NCBI RefSeq assembly: GCF_009914755.1
Contig: NC_060926.1
Reading direction: 5' to 3' (one strand)
Length of the DNA stretch: 64,000 bases
DNA from: the human T2T-CHM13v2.0 reference genome, Homo sapiens
The first letter of the stretch is position 1, and each line of letters starts with the position of its first letter. A program made the position numbers and the translations under genes. Positions 52,402-64,000 of the stretch are shown piece after piece. The notes under the pieces were generated by a model. The model saw only the letters and a list, made by a program, of their open reading frames with translations. It ran no database searches and was not told where the DNA came from.

Positions 52402-53255
52402 TGTAAACAAAACAGTATCTGAGACGGGTCTCAATCAAGTTATAGGTTTATTTTGCCAAAGATAAGGCTTATGGCCTGTGACACAGCCTTAGGATGTCCT
52501 GCAAATATGTGCCCAAGGTGGTTGGATTACACATTGGTTTTAAACACTTTGGAGAGACAGAAATTATGAGGAAAGACATAAATCAATACATATAAGATAT
52601 ACATTAGTTTGTCCTGGAAAGGTGGGATATTTTGAAGCAGAGGCTTCCAGGTCATACATGGATTCAAAGGTTTCCTGACTGGCCACTGGTTGAAAGAGTT
52701 AAGCTCTGCCTAAAGAGTTGAATTCATCATAAATAAATACTTGAGTTTAGATAAGGGGGTGTGGAAGCCAAGGTTCTTGTCATGTAGAAGAGTCCTATGG
52801 GTAGCAGACAAAGTAGATGGTGAATGTTGCCTATCAGACCTTAAAAAAAATGTCAGACTCTTTGGAAAAGACTGAGTAAGGGGAGGAGTTTCTCTGCAGA
52901 ATGCAAATTTCCTCCACTACAGGCAGCTTTGCAGGGCCACTTCAGAATATGATGAAGAATTACTTTTAAGGTAAAATATTTAGATTTTCTTCAGGGCCTA
53001 TTATCTGTCATGTTGGAGTATGGTATCTTATCGCTACAAAGCATCTGTTTTGTCAGTCCAAAGCTGTCTCTCGTAATGATAATGTTGGTCAGTTTTGTCT
53101 GAACTCCAAAGTGAGGAGAGTATAATGAGGCACATCGAAACCCACCTGCCAGTCATGGCCTAACCTAGTTTTTCTGTTTTCTTTGAAGTTCTCTCTGCCA
53201 CAAGAAGAGACCGTTCAGCTGATTGGTGGCTTACAACTTATTTTTTTGTTTTAAC
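52402..53255 (-). mobile_element. MER4-group ERV1 solo LTR
   Basis: tgtaaac...ggtctcaatcaa...ttattttgccaa...gtgcccaaggtggt...tttttgttttaaca. Absent from paralog copy A. Confidence 0.75.
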
Positions 53256-53667
53256 AAACAGAACAAAAAAAATCACCGCCTAAATTCAATCTAAAATAGA
53301 TTGGTTAAAAAAAATTAAGTGCTTCCTGGATATTCCTACATGTCAAAGAAAGAGAAGTGACAAGAATAAACATGGGAAATACCCCTCATACAAAAGATAA
53401 ACAATTTTTTTCACTATCTTGGTTTGGGTCCACCAGCAATGAGGATTCCTGTTTAGGCAGCAAATTTACAGTGCGAAGAAAGGAAGAAAGTGAGGGTGGG
53501 AGCAGAAAATGAATGGTAAAAGACACATCAACAGCCCACCTGACTCAGGATAACTAAAGATCAACCACATGTGGAAACATGGACTAAATTCCTCTGGGCT
53601 GTTCCATCTGAGAAATGAGGAAGCTGGGGTATGTATACACCTCATCCTGTCCTCACTGATTGTGAGC

Positions 53668-54065
53668 TGTCTCTCTTGTTCCATTTCAAACTGTTATAAC
53701 AGGTTCCTTGTCACTGTGTAATTTATAAAGAACAGAAATTAATTTTCTCACACTTCTGGGGAATGGGAAATTTAAGATCAAGGCATGGGCAGGTTAAGGT
53801 CTGCTTTCTCTGCTTTCAAGATGATGCCTGGAGCATTGACTCCTTCAAAGGAAGAAAGGCCTTGTCTTAACATGACAGACGGATGGAAGAGAGAAAAGGA
53901 TTCCAGTCCTGTAATTCCTCTTTATAGTGGCATTAATGTATTCCACTAGAGGGCTTCACCTCATGACCTAAACACATCCCAATAGGCCCCACCTGGCAAT
54001 ACCATTACACTGAGATTTAACTTTACAACAGATGGATTCTGGAGGACACAGTCAAACCATAAAAC
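53668..54065 (-). mobile_element. MST/MLT1A-type MaLR LTR
   Basis: taatttataaagaacagaaatt...aagatcaaggc...aggccccacct...caaaccata. Confidence 0.75.
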
Positions 54066-54238
54066 TTTCCTAAGAGATACACATTCCAGGCCATCTGGCC
54101 AGCAAGGCATACAGACAGATCTCTCTGCCCAAGATCATAAAGAACATAAGACAATATATGGCCATTGGAAGTGAGCAGAGGTACAGCAAAGGGGAAAGCC
54201 CCAGATCACAGATGGGGACTGCTACATTCATCATGGTA

Positions 54239-54580
54239 CAGTTAATCCTTGAATAACTTGGGTTTGAAATTTGCAGATCCACTTATATTTTCTTCTGTGT
54301 GTGTCACCTGTGAGCAAGCACTTTGTAAGTAGTAAATATGTTTTCTCATTTTTATGGTTTTCTTAAAAACATTTTTTTCTTTAGCATACTTTATTGGAAG
54401 AATAGAGTATATAATATGTATAATATAAAAAAGGGTTAATCAACTATTTATGTGATCACTAAGGCTTCTAGTCAAAAGTAATCTATTAGTACTTAAGTTA
54501 GGGATGCAAAAGTTCTACACAGGTTTTCAACTGCACTAGTGGTCAGTGCCCCAACCTCCACATTGTTCAGGGGTCAACTG
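54239..54580. mobile_element. Tigger2-like TcMar non-autonomous DNA transposon
   Basis: Terminal inverted repeats cagttaatccttgaataa ... ttgttcaggggtcaactg, with TA on the 5' flank. Confidence 0.75.
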
Positions 54581-55202
54581 CTCTTTCAGTCTGTAGCTGC
54601 ATCTCTCTGGAACAGGATTTTGGCAGGTGGGTTCCAAGTAAAGGAATCCAGAAAATAACATCTCAAACTGTGCTGCATTTGTATGATGATTATGTAAAAC
54701 TAAAGGCATTTAGAAAGCGACAAATGCACAAAAAGGCTTTTCCTAAATATCCCTTATCTTCCTAAAAGCAAATTCTTCAGAAGGAAACCAATTTTTAAGA
54801 AAATTCTTCCTGAGAATATTTATATCAGGGAAGATTGACACAAAACAGGAGTCAAAAATAGAAAAGACTGGAAGTTCATATTTCATCCAGGCAGGTGATT
54901 ACCTATTCTTTTGAGGATGCACTTCTATTCTCATCTATTCTCTCCAGGTTGCCTACACTTCCCAATTCCCTCTTCCCTAAACAAGAAATATAAACACCTG
55001 GATTTCACTGACTTATCTGGGTAATCACCCTGCTATGATATCCTGCTGCACTTTAAGTGAATTGAGTTTGCCTTTTCTCTTATTAATCTTCCTTTTGTCA
55101 GTTTATTTTTAGCAAACATTTAGAGGGCAAATGGAACATTCTTCCTTTCTCCCAATATAAGCAAGTTCCCTTAAAATTCAGGCAGCCTATAAAGCAGCAG
55201 GA

Positions 55203-55519
55203 AGATTTGTGCACAAGCTACAGCACTGTGATTTGGCTCCCCTAGTCAGGCATCAGTAAAATTTTGTGGAGCCCTAGGCTGCAGCCCACTGATGCTGATA
55301 TGGTTGTATCCACTTTCCCTGCTACTGAACCAGGCTGGGACATTTTTGGGCACATTAGAGATGTGAGATATAACGAGTGCAAATCCATGTCCAATTTCAT
55401 CTGGATCCAACTGATTTGTCCATGAACATGGGCAGTTGCTTGATAAAAGATTGAGTGTCTCTTTCCTAAAGATGTTAGCAGGGAGGCTGGTGTCTGGGTC
55501 AGGATGATGTTCCCACTCA
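55203..55519 (-). pseudogene. Inverted, decayed Vkappa relic with intact heptamer
   Basis: Acceptor ttttacattttatcAG; NIILTQTPASLLTSLGKRHSIFYQATAHVHGQISWIQMK, frameshift, VPAWFSSRESG...ISISGLQP, F-Y-TGA at the YYC position, 7 codons, CACAGTG (55230-55224), weak nonamer. Confidence 0.83.
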
Positions 55520-56258
55520 CTGATAAAATGTAAAAGCGGACAGTGGCATTGATGGTGCATGGCAGAGACATGCTCCGTGCAGTGGCCATGCTCACTAAGA
55601 GAGATAAACTTTGGAAAATAGTACTCAATGGCAGAAAAGAAGGTAGACTATAAGTTGCCCAAAACAAGAATAAGGTACAGCCCATTTAGTCTCTGGGTAT
55701 TGAAGAGACCTGTCACTCTTGATAATGGTGAATGTGTGAGTGCTGCATGCATTGAGGAAACATGGTATCATCTTTGTGTATTTGTAGTAAATTGCTTGAA
55801 CTTATACTGGTAAGAACAATAGTATAACACCATTACCTCATACTTACAAATATATGCATCATCATGTCAATATATTTTATTTTTAATTTTTTTTAGAAAG
55901 GAACAATGATAAACTTACAGAAAAGTTGCAAGTATACAATAAATACCCCCTTCCCTAACCGGAATTATACAATAGTCTTTTAAAGACCTTAGAATTCTAT
56001 CGTCTAAAACTTTACTATGTGTTTCCTACAAAAAAAGAATATCCTCCTATATACTCCCCATACGCCAATGAAATATGATACTCCACGGACTCCTAAGGAA
56101 TATTTCAAATTGTCAAAAAAAATCTAAAAAATGTCTCTCGTAACAAAATAGTCTCCAGTAGAAACCCATTCTCTGCAGACAAATCTGTGCTACCCTGATC
56201 TTACCTGGGACACCTGGGGACACTGAGCTGCTGCTGAGTTACTGAGATGAGCCAGCCC

Positions 56259-56341
56259 TGCAGCTGCGCCCAGCCTGCCCCATCCCCTGCTCATTTGCAT
56301 GTTCCCAGAGCATAGCCTCCTGCCCTGAAGCCTTATTAATA
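56259..56341 (+). promoter_or_regulatory. IGKV1D-17 promoter (pentadecamer E-box, octamer, TATA)
   Basis: TGCAGCTG 56259-56266; ATTTGCAT 56293-56300; TTATTAATA ending 56341. Confidence 0.9.
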
Positions 56342-56387
56342 GGCTGGACACACTTCATGGAGGAATCAGTCCCACTCAGGACACAGC

Positions 56388-56865
56388 ATGGACATGAGGG
56401 TCCCTGCTCAGCTCCTGGGGCTCCTGCTGCTCTGGTTCCCAGGTAAGGATGGAGAACACTAACAGTTTACTCAGCCCAGAGTGCTCAGTACTGCTTTACT
56501 GTTCAGGGAAATTCTCTTACAACATGATTAATTGTGTGGACATTTGTTTTTATGTTTCCAATCTCAGGTGCCAGATGTAACATCCAGATGACCCAGTCTC
56601 CATCTGCCATGTCTGCATCTGTAGGAGACAGAGTCACCATCACTTGTCGGGCGAGGCAGGGCATTAGCAATTATTTAGCCTGGTTTCAGCAGAAACCAGG
56701 GAAAGTCCCTAAGCACCTGATCTATGCTGCATCCAGTTTGCAAAGTGGGGTCCCATCAAGGTTCAGCGGCAGTGGATCTGGGACAGAATTCACTCTCACA
56801 ATCAGCAGCCTGCAGCCTGAAGATTTTGCAACTTATTACTGTCTACAGCATAATAGTTACCCTCC
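56388..56865 (+). CDS. IGKV1D-17: Ig kappa variable gene segment 1D-17 (leader 56388-56442, intron 56443-56567, exon 2 56568-56865)
   Basis: [22 protein letters not shown] + [62 protein letters not shown]...[10 protein letters not shown]. Confidence 0.96.
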
Positions 56866-56893
56866 CACAGTGTTACACACCCGAACATAAACC
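56866..56893 (+). other. 12-RSS of IGKV1D-17
   Basis: CACAGTG-ttacacacccga-ACATAAACC. Confidence 0.97.
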
Positions 56894-57556
56894 CCCAGGG
56901 AAGAAGATGTGTGAGGCTGGGCTGCCCCAGCTGCTCCTCCTGATGCCTCCATCGGCTGAGATTGTTCCTCAGATGCAGCCACACTCTGATGGTGTTGGTA
57001 GAAGGGGACATGAAGTCACCTCTGCACCCTAATTCTTTTCTCTTTCTCAGCCCCAACTACACAGACATAGCAATGCCTCTCCGAATTTAATACAGACAGA
57101 GATCATGACACCTGAGGAGTCTAGTTTATGGCTTCAGTTGGACTTTATATAACAGAGAAGAAGCCACTATAGATATTCTAGGCAGGAATTGTCTTAATAG
57201 AGAGAATTAAAGTAAACTACTGACGTCTAAATAAAATGTAGAGATGAATCTCTAAATGTAATGTTTTATTTACACAGAAATATTTCCCAAATGGGGCATA
57301 CAGGAAAACTCAGTGGTCTTCAATATGTGGCAAGAACAAAGAAAAAGTTAGTGTTTCATGAAAAAGGGAAAATATTACCTATGGCTCTTTGAGAAAGTTC
57401 ATTGGCACTAGGAAGGGTTGGGAGCTGGCAAGCTCAGACTGGGAAGCAGTGGTGGACAAAGTGAATCCTAGAATTATATCAAGTTATCTCAGAAGTTGTG
57501 GACAAATTTGATTTCAGGTTACAAGAAGCCAAAGCAGTGAAGGTTGCAGAGTGTTT

Positions 57557-58035
57557 TGTTACTGAAATACCAGGGATTCAGCGTAGATCCTGCAGCTCAC
57601 CACTCAGAAAGCCAATCACTAAGGCAAGTATTGCCAAGGAAAAGGCTTTAATCAGGTGCTGTAGCTGAGGAGATGGGACACCATTCTCAAATGTATCCCT
57701 GACCAACAAAAATTAGGGGTTTATATAGCATGGAAGAAATGTGGGAAAACAGGAATTATGGAGGGTTAAGGGAGATAATTTGGTCAACAAGAAGCAGGAG
57801 GTCAGTTATGCAGTCATAATGAGTGAAGGGTCTGATGTCCCACTGTCCTGATTCAGTGATATGTAAGTTTCAGCTCCTTGATAGTATCTGGGAGGCCTGA
57901 TGGTTGGTTTACTGAAAAAAGAACTCAGGTAAGACAGATGTAACTATCTTGAGTTTTAAGATCAGGGAAGTCAATTTCTATGTTTATTCAAAAAACCATA
58001 AACATTAGTTCCATGGCATAATAGGGCCTATTTCA
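57557..58035 (-). mobile_element. ERV1-class solo LTR (MER66-like)
   Basis: tgttactgaaataccaggg...aagccaatcact...attgccaaggaaaaggctttaatc...tatttca. Subfamily from recall. Confidence 0.55.
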
Positions 58036-59559
58036 ATTGCATTCTAGAAACAATATTTTTCACCCTGAGTGCCTTTCCCCTCTGGTTTCATGGCTCTGTT
58101 TGGTATGACAAGAATGACCCAATTCCTATGATTAACATTCACACTACAACCTTTCAAAACCAAGGATATAGTATTCAGGAAAGTTGATATTAGAAGCAGC
58201 ATTCTTTGGTGCTCCCACTGAAAACAGAATGTATCCACCCCTGAAGTAAGGGTTTTCTAACCATGTGGTCCTCAGTCCTGTCTGGAAGCTTAAGTCTGGA
58301 ATTGCTGAAGTTCTCGCTTCCTAGAGCATCTTTCCAGGTGTTTCTCCAGTCCTCACCTTTGTCTCTCTGCCTCTTAGGTACCAATGGATAATACTGAGTC
58401 TTCCTTTTCTCACTTCCAAATCTCATGGGGGACCCTCTTATTGGGCAACCCTATAGGACATGAGAGGTAAAGAGGGATATTTCCATAAGTTAAAATGATT
58501 TTCCCCCAAAAAGGTCATTTAAAAAAATTATATTTGAAGCCACATGTTGAAAACACATCCAGCTTTGCTTTCTTATTAATGCAAACTTACATTTGCAAAT
58601 ATTTTCAGGATTGTGAAGGTTGAAAACATGATTATTTGTCTATGGAATGATCAAACACCTCTACAATTAAGTGGAGTAAACATTTTCTTAAAAACTTATA
58701 CTCATTGAAATAAAGGAATATATTTAAAATGTTTGAAGCTATGTTAGAAATTATTGGACTTAAATTCAACTGTGCGGTTTGGTTTGGGATGTTGATCACT
58801 ACTGTGACCTGCCACAAGAATCTTGTGTCATGTGTAGTCACTGCTGTTCAGCCTTGTCGTTAAACAACTGATATCTACAGGCTGAATACAATCTACAGGC
58901 TCCTCTCTGCTGAGAGGAGCCACTCAGCAGAGACCTTCCTTGATCAGCCAGATGATTGTGAACATGAGCATCTATGAACGTGAAAACAAATGTTTACTGT
59001 TATCAGCCACTGAGTTGTACATTTAACCAGTTACCGTAATTAATGCATAAACACTTCCTGATACAGTATTTACACCTCTACCTATATAAACATACATATT
59101 TTTTCTTGAATTGGTGGTATAAATATGAATATTTAGTAATCAAATTATGAAGTTATTAAGAGAAAAACACAAAATTAAAACTAATTAGTATTTCAATAAA
59201 AAATTAAAATTTACCTTCTTTATGGAAAAAAGTGCATATATATTTAAGATACATAGAAGTGAACATATATTTATTTGATAAAATGTTGGCTACAACTACG
59301 TACAGTATTCATATTTAAGTACATTTATTCTGTTATATATGCAATATATACATATTTTATTTATAAAATATTATCTAAATTATATACGTTTAAATAATTG
59401 TTACATTCCACACAAAAAAATGGTATTTGTGATGACACCTAATTCATACTCTTGCTACAGAAAATTTATTTGTAGCCTTTATTTTTAAAACTTTACCAAA
59501 TGGTTGTCCTTACCTAAAATATTTTTCCAATCCAGTAGAGCTCCAAGGGTAAGGCTAGA

Positions 59560-61130
59560 GCAAATTTTGACTAATGTTGAATATTAACCATTGCATCCTA
59601 TAAAAGTCTCCATTATGTTCATGCCCACAATGATGATATTCCAAATAGAGTTCTCACAACAATGGATGCTGGATGGAGTCACATCAGTGCCATTGTCAAG
59701 GAAGCTCTGGAAATGTAAAACTCATAACAGTGGGTAAACTGCAAGGCCTACATCTGATGATCACGTTGCAAAGAGAACAGCAGTTTAATAATATTGGCTG
59801 TTGGTTTTGACAGATCATCAGGCCTTAAAAGAAATGCAACAGGATGATTTCAGACAAAGTCATTCTGTAAGAGCTATGACTAGAAGTTTCAAAAATGAGC
59901 CATAATCAAGAATAAGAAGCTTTCCAAGTGAATATTAATTGAAATGCCATTAACGAGCAGCGGGCTTTTAATAATGAGGATGATTCAACATATGGACTTC
60001 AGTTACCTCTTCCAGCTTTCCCAGCTAGCCTCACGAACCAGTGTTATGGAGGTCCCTGTGGAGACTCAATAATATGACTTTCAACTAACTGAGATGTACA
60101 GGGCTACTGGCTCTTCTGAACACCCAATTTGCCAAGAAAACTGACCCCTCCAGAACCCTTAACATTGTACCACACATCAGGGCTCAGACTAATTACTGGT
60201 ATCAGGTGATTCTAGTGGACCTCATGGAACATGAGGATGGCAGTGGTTATTTTACTATATATGGATTTGCCTTCCTTTTCGGTTATGTTTCTGCATAAAA
60301 TATTATTTGTGGATTTTCAAAGAGTTTTCATCAGAGTCAGGAAGTTCTTCCATAATATGGCTTTGGATCAAGCAACTTATTTGCCTCAAAAAAAGTGAAG
60401 CAAAATGTAGCTCATGCTCTTGTCATGTGCACAGGTGCAGCTTTCCCTATAGACAGGGAAAAACCCATTATTAGTCAAGCAAAGCTGTCACACAAACCTT
60501 TGTGCTATTGAATTGCTATGCTGTCAGAAGTGGTGGAGGCTCTGAAACACTAATCATGAATGGTGCTGTTACTTCCATAAACAGAATATTTATATCTTGA
60601 AAATGAGCTGCAGATTCATCATTCTTATGCCAACTGAACAGCTTGAAATACTCTATTTCTATTTTCTCAGGGCTGTGGTTTTCTGGCTGATGGTTCTTAA
60701 TCCAAACAGTTGACATGACAATTATTGCATGAAATTGGAAGAAATGATATGATAAGCATGTGACCATTCAGACTCAATACAATACTGGATAAGTTGTCAA
60801 CACAGGGCGTTCAGATGTGTGCTGGGGCCATAGATCTAGCCCGTATAAAGCAAGAGCAAACATAATTGACTTTACATATTTTAGAGAGGAAGTACAGAAA
60901 ATATGGACCCTAGGGGACCTTCTGGAATCTTTCTATTTATTGCCATTTCCACTGGTAAAACTCAGAGAAGATGTCAACAGTCATCAGGATGAAGTTCTAG
61001 GGATCACAGTTATGTGAAGCATTACTTGCACTTGGATCTCCAGTGAGGCAAAGGGAAGATGAAATGCATAGTGGAATGTGGAGGGGTAAACACCAGAGAC
61101 AGACACCTAGTCAGCTTCAACGTTGAAAAG
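59560..61130 (+). mobile_element. Very old ERVL/MaLR internal-region remnant
   Basis: Integrase-like remnants (caggtgattctagtggacctc...atggatttgccttcc). Highly degenerate. Confidence 0.4.
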
Positions 61131-61999
61131 TGTATTTATTTTTTCTCTTTAGTTTTATCACTGAATCATTTGGATCTAAGAAAAGCGATTATGGCTGGTT
61201 AGGCAGAAAGGTGTTTATTATCATGAATTAAATGGATTGAAAACATTTGGGGAAACCAGAGTGGAAGCTCAGGCAACTCCAAGTACTCCTTTTGCTATTG
61301 CTTGACCCTCCTCATCTCCATATTTTCCACAGTCAAGAAAGATACTCTCATTTTATAGGAACCTGGCAAGTGAAGATATTGTGCCCACAGGACTGTGCTG
61401 CCTGGCTGAGACCGAGACCAGGAAAATGAGCACATTTGAGTGAGATCAGACATTTCCCCTCCCTCATCTCAATCCAAAACGACTCTGTAGTAACACATCT
61501 GATGGGCAGTCAGAGAAAGGGGTCAGATTTCCAGCAGTTGACAGTTGATAGCAGAGCTGCTGTCCTCCTGGGGGCAGTAGTGAGAAGAGCTGGTCTCTTT
61601 TCTGCTGCAAAAGACAGCTTGAATGTCTCAAACAGTAGGAGCTCCTCCCCAGCCTGTGCCAGCAGTATGATTCTTGGAATTGTTCTAGAGGCTTTGACTG
61701 GAGCCTGTTCTTTAAGGCTTTTCAACAATTTGTAAGGAATTTAATATCTTCTAGTTAATCACTTTATGCTTCATGGATCTGACATTTGCAACAGGGAATA
61801 TACGCAGTCCGCAGTGACATCATTCACAGCCTCCTTTTTTCTTGCTAAATATATAATGCTTTCCAGGTGGACCTGCCAGAGGAAGACAATGTGAACAACA
61901 ATCCATGTCACCAAAAATGCAAGACAAATAAGCTCGGGAAAGCCACTGGGTTCTCACCTAGTTGCACTGTCCCCCTGAGTCTTTTTTTTTTTTTTTTTT

Positions 62000-62636
<637 letters not shown>

Positions 62637-63094
62637 TAACATTCCTGATAAGAACCTGACCATCTTCCAAGGTTGCTGATAGAGCTGGCATTTCCCCAAA
62701 GCACCAAATGAGATCTAGCCAGCTGAAAGTGGGATGGTCCCCAGAACTGACCTTTCACTGATTTTTCCTCATTATAATCTCATTGTAATACTAAAATATC
62801 CACCCAAGGCAGGGCTTATCTTCCATTTCCTCATCATGTTATATATGTTAGAGCATGACGCTCCACTGCACAAATGCAAAGAAAACTTTGCCTAACCATG
62901 CTTGTATGTCATTCCTTTTTCCGCCTCAGCTTCCTTAAAATGGTAAGAGCTGGGCACTTCAAGGAATAGCCACCAGGATCTCTTACCCATAGGCTGCTCC
63001 CTTGCTTTGCTCTTGCCACAAACCTACTAAACCTTGCCTGAGACAATTTCTGTTTGGCCTGGTGTTGATTTCTATTTACAAAAGAGGCAAGGGG

Positions 63095-63389
<295 letters not shown>

Positions 63390-64000
63390 CAGCGGGGAGG
63401 AGACAAAGAACTTGGGGTCCCAGCAGCAGCAAAAATTGCATCAGGTGGGAAAGAAGAGCTGATTAGAACTTTTCTTCCAAGTCTTTCACTTGCCACTTAG
63501 TGATTTTTACCAAGTGTCCTGAAGCTACCTCAAAGAGTAACACTCAAGTAACTCCAGCACTGCAGGTGCAAAGGTGACCACAGCTGCATGGATGGGCAGG
63601 ACCCAGGCTCTGACACTCAGGCTGCCAATACAATTGCCATGAAGACAGATGTTGATGCCATCCATGAAGGCAGGGGATAATTCCTTGGCTGATTCTCTAA
63701 TCTCCACTACACTCACTCTGCACAACACATCTATCAAACTAGACTCAATTTCTCTTCTCCTTAATTGTTTTGAAAAACTCTGTTCACAGTCCAGAGCTTC
63801 ATTTCCTACAAATCTGCACCTTTCCTTTAAGCAGTTAAACTCCTTTGCTTTCTGGACACTTCGCCTGGTCTCAAGGAAGCAATTTTATTAATGCTACTCC
63901 AAGTTCTAATGGAATCTTCATCCATCCTGGAATTAGAGCTTCATGTACAGCCAGGCAAGATCCATGCAACAGTCCAGATGTTGTCTTGGCAGGCCCTGAA

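Larger units (their letters stand above)
46655..53335 (+). repeat. Ancient segmental duplication, copy B (paralog of 1-5835)
   Basis: Shared anchors such as aaagatccaccca, gggactcagcatcta, cagaacagagYctggctgagtaaagact, aggaccctattccaaat and caatctaaaatagattggt. Confidence 0.85.

Noticed and set aside
56357-56446. Out-of-frame upstream ATG before the IGKV1D-17 start
   Set aside because: Only about 16 nt past the TATA box, so probably upstream of the transcription start.

Overview
Human genomic DNA from the immunoglobulin kappa (IGK) locus, distal (D) cluster on 2p11.2, recognised from memory of the translated V segments. All named V segments are on the + strand, in the order IGKV3D-20 (intact), IGKV2D-19 (5'-truncated pseudogene), IGKV2D-18 (ATA instead of ATG), IGKV6D-41 (open frame, non-canonical RSS) and IGKV1D-17 (intact). 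Each has a 12-bp-spacer recombination signal, and all but 2D-19 have an octamer promoter and split leader. Reading both strands also shows five heavily decayed V relics: two paralogous relics interrupted in CDR3 by the same MER3-type DNA transposon (1-412 and 46190-47062), one at 48227-48751, and two inverted relics (24496-24783, 55203-55519). An old segmental duplication links 1-5835 to 46655-53335. The rest is mostly Alu, L1, LTR/ERVL and DNA-transposon sequence; repeat subfamily names are from recall and approximate. The most interesting candidate is IGKV6D-41: a CpG-rich promoter with a CTCF motif, a weak RSS, and an unrearranged reading frame that continues 103 codons past the V domain toward a poly(A) signal, resembling a VpreB-like non-rearranging V protein. 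That idea is a hypothesis only.
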